In this document: piece after piece, positions 27,218-35,500 of the stretch | Numbering within the stretch: position 1 is the stretch's first letter | Layout: each line of letters begins with the position of its first letter | Assembly (NCBI GenBank): GCA_025924135.1 | Contig: JAICEO010000001.1 | Coordinates: forward strand, 1-53,947 | Reading direction: 5' to 3' | Length of the DNA: 53,947 nucleotides | DNA from: Nitrososphaeraceae archaeon | Lineage (GTDB): Archaea; Thermoproteota; Nitrososphaeria; Nitrososphaerales; Nitrososphaeraceae | Program-made: the position numbers and the translations under genes | Notes under the pieces: generated by a model | What the model saw: the letters and a program-made list of their open reading frames with translations, nothing else | Told to the model about the DNA's origin: nothing | The model's database searches: none

Positions 27218-28331
27218 TTTTTGCTTGCTTTAAGTTATTATTTTCGGAAGTTCCTTTATTTTCCTCATATTGTTCCTGATCTTGCATTTCAGCAGCTAAA
27301 ACGCTTACTCTCCCAGCAACTAGTTTTGAAATCTTTAAGAATGATTTTGTTTGGCCTGATTGGGGATCCGATATGATAACAGGTTTGCCGATATCACTTC
27401 CATGCATTATTTGTGGATGTAAAGGGATATCTCCAATATAGGGAATCTTAAATTGGTCACTTATTTTTTGGCCCGCCCCCTTTCCAAAAATATGTATGTT
27501 AGAGTGGCAATGTGGACATTCTAGATAACTCATATTTTCTATGACTCCTATAATTGGAACATTTAACTTGTTAAACATCCCTATTGCTTTGACTGCTACA
27601 TTCATTGCGACTTCTTGGGGTGTTGTTACCACTAAAATGCCAGTAATAGGAATTGTTTGGGCAATTGTTAATGGTGCATCGCCTGTTCCAGGAGGTAAAT
27701 CAATAATAAGATAATCAATTTCACCCCAATTTACATCAGTTAGAAATTGTTTAATAATTCCGGAAATTATTGGCCCACGATAAATTCCTGCTTGTTGGGA
27801 TTGTTCATAAAAAAAGCCCATCGAAATAATTTTTACTCCTTCTGAAATTGGAGGCTGAATTTTACCATCAACCACCTGAGGTGAATCTTTTAATCCCAGC
27901 ATTAAAGGAACACTTGGACCATAAATATCAGCATCTAATAGACCTACTTTTGCACCGGTTTTTGCAAGAGCTAGTGCCAGGTTAACAGAAACTGTTGTTT
28001 TTCCTACACCACCTTTGCCACTAGCAACTGCAATGATATTTTTTACCCCTGGTAATAGCTCATCTAAAGAAATAGATCTACCTTCCATCACTCTTGCAGT
28101 AACCTTTAGATCTAAATCTTTAACCCCTAAATCTGAAATCGCATTTCTTACATCTTGTTCGATTTCACTGTTGAACGGACATGCAGGAGTAGTAAGTTCT
28201 AAGGTGAAAGATATTTTATCATTATTAATAGCCATTTCCTTTATCATACCCATAGAGACAATGTCTTTATGTAATTCAGGATCTATTACTTTTTTTAACG
28301 AAGTAAGAACCTGGTCAACTGTAACCATCAT
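27207..28331 (-). CDS. mrp: Mrp/NBP35 Fe-S cluster carrier ATPase with N-terminal DUF59 domain
   Basis: DPEL...LTTPACP, SGKGGVGKTT, DADIYGPS, DLPPGTGD, ENMS...CPHC. Confidence 0.93.
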   Translation of the reverse strand: MMVTVDQVLTSLKKVIDPELHKDIVSMGMIKEMAINNDKISFTLELTTPACPFNSEIEQDVRNAISDLGVKDLDLKVTARVMEGRSISLDELLPGVKNIIAVASGKGGVGKTTVSVNLALALAKTGAKVGLLDADIYGPSVPLMLGLKDSPQVVDGKIQPPISEGVKIISMGFFYEQSQQAGIYRGPIISGIIKQFLTDVNWGEIDYLIIDLPPGTGDAPLTIAQTIPITGILVVTTPQEVAMNVAVKAIGMFNKLNVPIIGVIENMSYLECPHCHSNIHIFGKGAGQKISDQFKIPYIGDIPLHPQIMHGSDIGKPVIISDPQSGQTKSFLKISKLVAGRVSVLAAEMQDQEQYEENKGTSENNNLKQAKNAS

Positions 28332-28480
28332 TATCACAAAGCTCTTTCGCAATATTTAAATATTGATTTCACTTCATTTTAGTATTGTATACATCCTAAA
28401 ATTTCAACTGTTTTTGTTTCTTTTCTAAAATACAAACAAAAGGTTCATAAATTGATATATTATATCCTATCTCGTCCAAC

Positions 28481-29071
28481 ATGTTTTATATAGTTTCTAT
28501 GACTGATATTGTTAGAATTCCACCAAGCAGACTTACTAACTCATTACGAAATACTGCAATTGGGATTCTAAAAGAAAAATACGAAAGTATGATCAGCGCA
28601 GAGTTGGGTTATGTCATAATGATTATTGATGCTAATGCTGACTCAGTTGGTAAATTAGTTACTGGAGATGGTGCCACTTATCACAAGGTAACATTCAAAG
28701 CATTAACTTTTTTTCCCAAAATTCAAGAAATAGTAGAGGGAGAAATAATAGAAATAACTGATTTTGGTGCCTTTGTAAGAATTGGACCAACAGATGCTCT
28801 TTTACATCTCTCTCAAATAACTGATGATTATCTTAAAAGTGACATTAAACAAGGTTTGATTATTGCCAACCAATCTTCTCGCTCCTTGAGAATCGGTTCG
28901 AAAATGCGTGCAAGGATTACAGCAGTAAGCTTAGGTAAGGGATCATCGATGGGGAAGATAGGAATTACCTGTAGACAGCCATTTTTAGGCTCATTTGACT
29001 GGATTAAAGAAGAAATAGAAAAAGCTAAAACACCTCAATCACCAAAAGAAAAGAAAGGAGTAGCCAAATAA
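28481..29071 (+). CDS. rpo7: DNA-directed RNA polymerase subunit E' (Rpo7)
   Basis: DIVRIPP, GDGATY, S1 domain FGAFVRIGPTDALLHLSQITDD, CRQPFLG. Confidence 0.95.
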   Translation: MFYIVSMTDIVRIPPSRLTNSLRNTAIGILKEKYESMISAELGYVIMIIDANADSVGKLVTGDGATYHKVTFKALTFFPKIQEIVEGEIIEITDFGAFVRIGPTDALLHLSQITDDYLKSDIKQGLIIANQSSRSLRIGSKMRARITAVSLGKGSSMGKIGITCRQPFLGSFDWIKEEIEKAKTPQSPKEKKGVAK

Positions 29072-29074
29072 TAA

Positions 29075-29263
29075 ATGGCTCGAGAATTAGCTTGTAAAAA
29101 ATGTAAAGCGATTACCGTGGGAAAAGTTTGTCCTATTTGTAATTCCACCGATCTTTCTAGTGATTGGTCAGGAATAGTAATCATTTTTGATTCCAAAACA
29201 TCACTGATTGCTAAAACTTTAGAAATATCGGTACCGCATAAATATGCACTTAAAGTCTCTTAA
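29075..29263 (+). CDS. spt4: Transcription elongation factor Spt4 (RpoE'')
   Basis: ACKKC...CPIC...SSDWSG...YALKV directly after rpo7. Confidence 0.95.
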   Translation: MARELACKKCKAITVGKVCPICNSTDLSSDWSGIVIIFDSKTSLIAKTLEISVPHKYALKVS

Positions 29264-30132
29264 TGAAAAAATTAACAGACCATTTTAATCTCAGAAAGTC
29301 CTTATTGTATTTTTTACAAGAAGATGTAGGGAGAGGAGATATTACTAGTGAAAATCTAGAAAATTCTAATAAATCTGTTACTGCTACAATCTTATTTAAA
29401 TCGGATTTTGTAGGCATTATAAGTGGAATAGAGGAAGTACAAGTATTATTGGATATTTGCAATTGTAATTCAACACCTCATATGTCAGATGGAATGAAAA
29501 TTTCACCTAAGGCAAGAATTATGGAGATCAATGGAACAGCCAAAGATATATTGAAGGCCGAAAGAATTGCATTAAATTTATTAATGAGAATGAGTGGTAT
29601 TGCAACAACCACACGAAAGTTTGTCGATATAGTTCATCAAATAGACCCCCAAATTTCAATAGCGGCAACAAGAAAAACTGCCCCTGGATTACGACTTTTT
29701 GATAAAAAAGCAGTTGTCATGGGAGGAGGAATTAGTCATAGAAATCGACTTGATGATATGGTGCTGATAAAAGATAACCATCTTGCTGTAGACAAATCAA
29801 TAAGGAAAATAATACCATTAATTCGAGAAAAAGTAGGATCCTCTATAAAAATAGAATGTGAAGTCACAAATGAAGCAGAAGCCGTTGAAGCCATTGAAGC
29901 CGGAGCAAATATAATAATGCTAGATAACTTCACTATCCTAGAGGCAAGAAATACATTGTTAAAGCTTTTAGATGAAGGTTTGAGAAATTTAGTTCAAATT
30001 GAAATATCAGGCGGAGTGAACCTAGATAATATAATTAATTATGCCAAATTGAAGCCAGATATTATTTCAATAGGATATTTAACACATTCTTCTCCAGCCC
30101 TGGATTTCAGTTTAAAGATAATAGACCAGTAA
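29263..30132 (+). CDS. nadC: Quinolinate phosphoribosyltransferase
   Basis: EDVGRGDITS, ATRKTAPG, HR..L.D..LIKDNH, IMLDN, EISGG. Confidence 0.95.
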   Translation: MKKLTDHFNLRKSLLYFLQEDVGRGDITSENLENSNKSVTATILFKSDFVGIISGIEEVQVLLDICNCNSTPHMSDGMKISPKARIMEINGTAKDILKAERIALNLLMRMSGIATTTRKFVDIVHQIDPQISIAATRKTAPGLRLFDKKAVVMGGGISHRNRLDDMVLIKDNHLAVDKSIRKIIPLIREKVGSSIKIECEVTNEAEAVEAIEAGANIIMLDNFTILEARNTLLKLLDEGLRNLVQIEISGGVNLDNIINYAKLKPDIISIGYLTHSSPALDFSLKIIDQ

Positions 30133-30155
30133 CAAAAATAAAAAAAATTTAGATT

Positions 30156-30338
30156 TTACCTTTTTCTTCCACCACGTTCAGGTTTTTTCTGACCAGGTGG
30201 TACTCTTTTCTCAAATCTTTTAATGAAATTCTCTTTATTACGTACTTTTGATATAGGACTAACCCTTGATTTTCCCTGTACTTTAGGAGTTTGACCTTTG
30301 ACTTTTCCTGCTTTAGTAAGCGATCCGTGAGTTGGCAT
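30156..30338 (-). CDS. rps30e: 30S ribosomal protein S30e
   Basis: [20 protein letters not shown]. Confidence 0.96.
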   Translation of the reverse strand: MPTHGSLTKAGKVKGQTPKVQGKSRVSPISKVRNKENFIKRFEKRVPPGQKKPERGGRKR

Positions 30339-30482
30339 AGGTTTATTCTAAATATGTTCCTAATAAATATATTGCAACATTTAAAGAGGCAATCTATGCC
30401 TCCTATGTATATTTTTAAGGCAAAGGTGTCCTAAATAGTACTAATTTAAATGATGTTTTGCTCATACTTATGTAACTAACAA

Positions 30483-31433
30483 ATGAATTTAACATTGGAT
30501 CAATATACTGAAGAAATTTCCTCTTTAAAAAAGGAACGCGATGCAATTATCCTTGCACATAATTATCAATTACCTGAAGTGCAAGATGTAGCAGACTTTA
30601 TCGGAGATTCATTAGCTCTCTCCAGGAAAGCAGAAAAAACTAATGCTAAAAATATTATTTTTTGTGGTGTTCATTTCATGGCAGAAACTGCTTCCATTAT
30701 TTGTCCAGATAAAGACGTGTTTATACCCGATGTAAATGCAGGATGTTCTCTTGCTTCTTCTATAAATTGTTCAGAATTAATGAATTGGAAAAAAGAACAT
30801 CCCGATGCTATTGTTGTTAGCTATGTTAATACTTCTGCAGAGGTTAAAGCATTATCTGACTATTGTTGTACGTCTTCTAATGCTGTAAAAGTGGTAAATA
30901 GTATATCTCCAGACAATGAAATTCTCTTTCTTCCAGATATGTTCTTAGGTTCATATGTATCTGAAATTACCAAACGAAAAAACATGTTCATATGGCCCGG
31001 CGAATGTCATGTTCACGCTGGAATTCGTGCTGAAGATATTAATAAAATGATGAAAAGGTATCGAAATGCTGAATTCTTGGTCCATCCAGAATGCAGTTGT
31101 ACATCTTCGACTATGTACCATATGTCAAAAGGAGACTTGATCAGCGAAGGTCATATTTTATCCACCGAAGGAATGATGGAACGAGCGAAGAATTCCTCTA
31201 AAAATGATTTTATTGTAGCTACAGAAACGGGTATATTATATAGGATGCAAAAAGAAAACCCTACAAAAAATTTTATTCCACTTAGAAAAGATGCAGTATG
31301 TCAATATATGAAAAAAATTACTATTGATAAAGTTTACAATTCTTTAGTAAATAATGTATATCAGGTAAGAGTACCAAAATCAACAGCTGATAAAGCCCGA
31401 TACGCCATAGAAAGAATGCTATCAATTGGATGA
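30483..31433 (+). CDS. nadA: Quinolinate synthase
   Basis: ILAHNYQ, CGVHFMAET, AGCSLA, YVNTSA, CHVH, HPEC, C.YMK. Confidence 0.96.
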   Translation: MNLTLDQYTEEISSLKKERDAIILAHNYQLPEVQDVADFIGDSLALSRKAEKTNAKNIIFCGVHFMAETASIICPDKDVFIPDVNAGCSLASSINCSELMNWKKEHPDAIVVSYVNTSAEVKALSDYCCTSSNAVKVVNSISPDNEILFLPDMFLGSYVSEITKRKNMFIWPGECHVHAGIRAEDINKMMKRYRNAEFLVHPECSCTSSTMYHMSKGDLISEGHILSTEGMMERAKNSSKNDFIVATETGILYRMQKENPTKNFIPLRKDAVCQYMKKITIDKVYNSLVNNVYQVRVPKSTADKARYAIERMLSIG

Positions 31434-31614
31434 CAGATTTATATTTGAATTGTTCTACTTTAAAAGGTAAATTACTCTTTTGACTAGTATCACAGAACTA
31501 AAATTTTGTAAACACAAAGCAACCAAATTGATTTATTTTTTTTTAATACAAACTATTAAAAATTATTTAGGAAACTATTTTAACTCAAAGAATAAAATCT
31601 TTAATTACCTTTTT

Positions 31615-32454
31615 ATGAAAAAGAAGATATCAATCATAGGTTGTGGTGCTATAGGAAGTGAGCTGGCACAACATGTAGATAGTAACATGGGCGAAAATAT
31701 AACCTTACTTTCTCTTCTTGATATCCGCCTTGAGAATGCACAAATCCTTAAATCAAAATTAATTCATAATAGCCCACTAATATTTGAAAATTTTGATGAA
31801 TTTATAAAGTCTGAATCTTTTAAGGATGTTGAATTGGTAGTAGAGGCTGCTTCACAAAATGCTATCACTAGTTATCTTAATCAACTTATTTTATTCAAGA
31901 AAGATGTACTCGTTATGAGTGTAGGTGCCTTTGCTAATTCCGATTTTTTTTCTGAAGTAAAAAGAAATGTAGAGCGTACTAATACAAACATTTATGTTCC
32001 ATCAGGAGCTATTGCGGGGATAGATGCTCTCAAGAGTGTAAAAAATTCCATAAGTTATTTAACTCTAACAACAACCAAGAATCCAAATTCACTTAAAGAC
32101 TCTCCATTTTTTAAGAACAATAATTTGACAGTAGATTCTTTCAAAAAAAGAACACTAATTTTTGAAGGATCAGCTATTGAGGCAGTTCAAAATTTTCCTA
32201 CCAACGTGAATGTTGCAGCCTTATTAGGGCTTGCTGGGATAGGCGTTGAAAAAACCAAGGTTAATGTGATCGCCGATCCGTCTATTCGTATTAATAAACA
32301 TGAAATCAAGGTAATTGGAAAATTCGGCGAATTAATAGTTCGAGTCAAAAATATTCCTAGTCCTACTAATCCCAAAACAAGTTATCTGGCAGTATTATCT
32401 GTTATTGAATGTCTTCGTTCAATTACTACAAAAGGTATAAAATATGGAACATAA
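31615..32454 (+). CDS. nadX: L-aspartate dehydrogenase
   Basis: IIGCGAIG, VEAAS, PSGAIAGID, FP.NVNVAA, N.HEI, NPKTS; follows nadA; probable start is ATG 31615. Confidence 0.92.
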   Translation: MKKKISIIGCGAIGSELAQHVDSNMGENITLLSLLDIRLENAQILKSKLIHNSPLIFENFDEFIKSESFKDVELVVEAASQNAITSYLNQLILFKKDVLVMSVGAFANSDFFSEVKRNVERTNTNIYVPSGAIAGIDALKSVKNSISYLTLTTTKNPNSLKDSPFFKNNNLTVDSFKKRTLIFEGSAIEAVQNFPTNVNVAALLGLAGIGVEKTKVNVIADPSIRINKHEIKVIGKFGELIVRVKNIPSPTNPKTSYLAVLSVIECLRSITTKGIKYGT

Positions 32455-32524
32455 AATAGGATAGTGTCGATAGAATTTTGTATTATGTTTAATGAAGTAA
32501 TTTTTTGAAAAGAAGATAAAAATT

Positions 32525-32911
32525 ATGTTAAATAATTTAATTGCAATAGTTGTAATATCTTTTATTATTGTAGGCTCATTATGGGGAATTGGCAATCTAC
32601 TTAATCCAATAAAAGAGAATGATTTGGATGCCGAAGGGATTATATTAGTTGCAGAAAACAATTTGTTTAACAATACAAATCCTACACTACACATTGAGAG
32701 AAATAAGCCGGAAAAAATTACTATTATAAATAAAGATTTTGTAAGACATGATTTTATTATAAATGAATTAAATCTAAATACAGGTTACCTTTATTCAGCG
32801 CAAGATTTTACTACGGCGATTGCTTCCAAAGAATCAGGGACTTTTGAATATTATTGTTCCTTACATCCATCTACAATGCGTGGAAAACTAATTATTAGTG
32901 ATAAAAATTGA
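32525..32911 (+). CDS. Membrane-anchored cupredoxin (type-1 blue copper) protein
   Basis: N-terminal TM; HDF...YYCSLHPSTMRG gives the H/C/H/M ligand set. Confidence 0.9.
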   Translation: MLNNLIAIVVISFIIVGSLWGIGNLLNPIKENDLDAEGIILVAENNLFNNTNPTLHIERNKPEKITIINKDFVRHDFIINELNLNTGYLYSAQDFTTAIASKESGTFEYYCSLHPSTMRGKLIISDKN

Positions 32912-32971
32912 TTAAATCTTTAATGATTTGATCGAAAAAGTTAATTTTAAGGAAAGGTTATAAAATCATGA

Positions 32972-33265
32972 ATGTTCAACGCCGAATCTGGAAAGAGTAG
33001 CAATAATAAAAAAAAATTCCATAAAATTAATTTGGGAATCAGACAAACAGTCCTGGAACGAGCACGTTATCGCTGTCAAAGTTGTTCCCTTAAATTTAAC
33101 GCCCAAGAGACTCCATTTTTTGCCCATATTAACGGATCATTAAAAGATAATAGTCCTGCTAACCTTAAAGCTCTTTGTAAAACATGTTACGTGAAAACTG
33201 GAGAAAATAAAATTAAAGATAACATGGTTGGTAAAATTCGATCTTTAATTAGAAGAGTTATATGA
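32972..33265 (+). CDS. Stand-alone HNH-fold zinc-binding protein
   Basis: VLER..YRCQSC...AHING...DNSPANLKALCKTC. Confidence 0.8.
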   Translation: MFNAESGKSSNNKKKFHKINLGIRQTVLERARYRCQSCSLKFNAQETPFFAHINGSLKDNSPANLKALCKTCYVKTGENKIKDNMVGKIRSLIRRVI

Positions 33266-33301
33266 TAAAATTTGATTATTCAATCCTATTCTTAATGCTT
33301 A

Positions 33302-33448
33302 TTATTTGGATTTAAGAAATGATTCTTTATGTTCCACACTGCAAAAATGTTCTATTTTAAGAACCCCTCTATTTGAATCTCCTTCAATATGCGGCCATCC
33401 TAAATCTGAAAATTTTTTACCACAATAAGCACATATCTTAAAGTCCAT
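33302..33448 (-). CDS. TRASH/YHS-like metal-binding microprotein (48 aa), not in ORF track
   Basis: Hand translation MDFKICAYCGKKFSDLGWPHIEGDSNRGVLKIEHFCSVEHKESFLKSK*; CxxCG...FCSxxH. Confidence 0.82.
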   Translation of the reverse strand: MDFKICAYCGKKFSDLGWPHIEGDSNRGVLKIEHFCSVEHKESFLKSK

Positions 33449-33524
33449 TTTTAATATTTTTTATTAAATATATTAAAATCTTTTTTTAATAACTAATATA
33501 TTTCATTTTATATGTAATATTTCT

Positions 33525-33701
33525 ATGGCCATATTACTTCAGTTAATTTGTGATCAATGTAAGAAAGTAATCCTAGAAAAAATGGGCGAGCAGAATCTCA
33601 ATCTTGAGCGGTTCCCAATTACTAAAGAAGAAGCCGAAAAATTAGATAAAGAACATAGAGGACATGAATGCCATATAGAAGCAGTCGAAAAAATTAATTA
33701 A
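33525..33701 (+). CDS. CxxC...HxxH microprotein (58 aa), not in ORF track
   Basis: Hand translation MAILLQLICDQCKKVILEKMGEQNLNLERFPITKEEAEKLDKEHRGHECHIEAVEKIN*. Confidence 0.82.
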   Translation: MAILLQLICDQCKKVILEKMGEQNLNLERFPITKEEAEKLDKEHRGHECHIEAVEKIN

Positions 33702-33838
33702 GAATTTCGTGGTTTTTTGAAATAGTTTATTAGAGTCGTGACTCATATTTAGAATCAGCTAGGAATATTTTTATTGATTATTATTAAAAGAAAACTTCTA
33801 TAGGAAGCTTTAAATTCGTTGTATTCCCCCATAGTCTA

Positions 33839-34696
33839 ATGTTTAAGGGTATAACAATAACCTCTACAATATTTAGCATGTTTATACTAACAGTTCTGGC
33901 GACAGGTATCCAACTTCCTCACGTGTCGGTTTTTGCTCAAGAAAGTGAGATTGAATCTGTTAATGCTTCCAACACTGACACAGGCAATTCTACTAGCGTT
34001 CAATCAACAGATATGCAATCTAAAAATGCTACTAGTACTAAATCATCTAATGCGACAAGCAGTGAAGCATCCAATGCTACTAGCGTGGCAAAAGCAGCAC
34101 AATCCAAGCCAGATGCAGCTACGATATCAGTAGGTAAATCATTCGCTCAACAAGGAACAGTAACCTCTACACAAGATCCTTTGCCTGGACATGAAGCTCA
34201 TCAATTAGCATTAATCCTACCACCTAGAGATGATGGGGCTATATATCAAGGAACAGTGACATATACTGCAAGCAAACCTGTTGAAGTTGTAATTTTAGAA
34301 AATTTTGCAAACGAATCTGATGTTGATCCAACATATGGTTCTATTGCTACAGCTCCATTAGGAGAAGGTACAGTGGCAATTAGTCTTTTAACTCCACAAT
34401 ATGGTCCAATCAATGCTGCTTCCATTCCATTCGCAGGAAACGCTCTTGCACTACACACATTAAATGGTGAACCATTTGCTGCTACTTATACGGTTACTGG
34501 TGATGTCGAACAAGCTCAAACCTTTAACTCTATTACTCCACCTCCATTAGCAGAAGCAACTCAGGCAGGTCAAGAAGATACCAATGGAGATGCAGACGAT
34601 AAAGAGGATAAAGACGATAAAGACGCTAACGACGATAAAGACGATAAAGACGCTAACGACGATAAAGACACTAAAGACGGAGACAATAAAGATTAA
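33839..34696 (+). CDS. Secreted protein with S/T/N-rich linker, beta-rich domain and Asp/Lys repeat tail
   Basis: Signal peptide (VFAQ), several N-x-S/T sequons, QDPLPGHEAHQLALILPP...ALALH core. Confidence 0.8.
   Translation: MFKGITITSTIFSMFILTVLATGIQLPHVSVFAQESEIESVNASNTDTGNSTSVQSTDMQSKNATSTKSSNATSSEASNATSVAKAAQSKPDAATISVGKSFAQQGTVTSTQDPLPGHEAHQLALILPPRDDGAIYQGTVTYTASKPVEVVILENFANESDVDPTYGSIATAPLGEGTVAISLLTPQYGPINAASIPFAGNALALHTLNGEPFAATYTVTGDVEQAQTFNSITPPPLAEATQAGQEDTNGDADDKEDKDDKDANDDKDDKDANDDKDTKDGDNKD
34595..34675 (+). repeat. In-frame 9-bp tandem repeat (GACGATAAA-like x9, with 27-bp super-period)
   Basis: gacgataaa gaggataaa gacgataaa gacgctaac gacgataaa gacgataaa gacgctaac gacgataaa gacactaaa. 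Confidence 0.9.
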
Positions 34697-35008
34697 GAGT
34701 AGTAAGACCAAAATTAATGCCAAATACCTATTTTTTTAATTTTTCTTAAATATTATTTTGATACATTTTCCTATATAACATTCAATCATTTAATTATTGA
34801 TACTGTTTTGAAGAGGATTTTATTAGTCCAATATTATCTTTTTGAGTTGCTTTTATTAAAAAATTAGCAAATTTGAAGTGCATATAATAACACAAAGCTA
34901 TACTTTTATCAATTTTTATTCAATAAAATGGTAGGTTCTAGGTTAAAATGCGAGAAAACGATAATAGATTTACTTAAATTCTATCCTATCGCCAGTTCTC
35001 ATTTTAGC

Positions 35009-35500
35009 TTATATTTTAAAATAAAGTAACCCTCCTGCCTTTACTATCTTTGATATAATGTCAGGTAAAGGTTTAATCTTAAAGACCTCATTAGATGTTG
35101 AATTGATGATCGTATTATTATCAAGATTAATTTCTAACTCGTCCTTATCTGAAATTTTTTCAATTACTTCTGAATCAATCTCGATAGGTAAAAGATATCC
35201 TCCATCTACCGCATTTCTATAAAAGATCCTAGCAAAAGAAGGAGAAAGAATTGCTCGAATTCCGACTTGATGTAATGCGATAGGGGCATGTTCTCGGCTT
35301 GATCCACAACCAAAATTCTTTCCAGTCAGTAAAAAATCTCCTTCACTTATTTTTTGAGAAAAATTAGGATCTAGTCCTTCCATCGCATGTTTGCCTAATT
35401 CTTTGTGGTCATGTATTTTTAAATAAGGCCCTGGAATTATTACGTCTGTATCTATATTGTCTTTATTGTATTTGTGCACTTTCCCTCGAAGTATATTCAT
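35009..35500 (-). CDS. Homoaconitase/3-isopropylmalate dehydratase small subunit
   Basis: NIDTDVIIPG, NFGCGSSREHA, SFARIFYRN. Confidence 0.93.
   Translation of the reverse strand: MNILRGKVHKYNKDNIDTDVIIPGPYLKIHDHKELGKHAMEGLDPNFSQKISEGDFLLTGKNFGCGSSREHAPIALHQVGIRAILSPSFARIFYRNAVDGGYLLPIEIDSEVIEKISDKDELEINLDNNTIINSTSNEVFKIKPLPDIISKIVKAGGLLYFKI

Noticed and set aside
34595-34690. Repeat tract as a CRISPR array
   Set aside because: 9-bp in-frame coding units without unique spacers; no cas genes in the window
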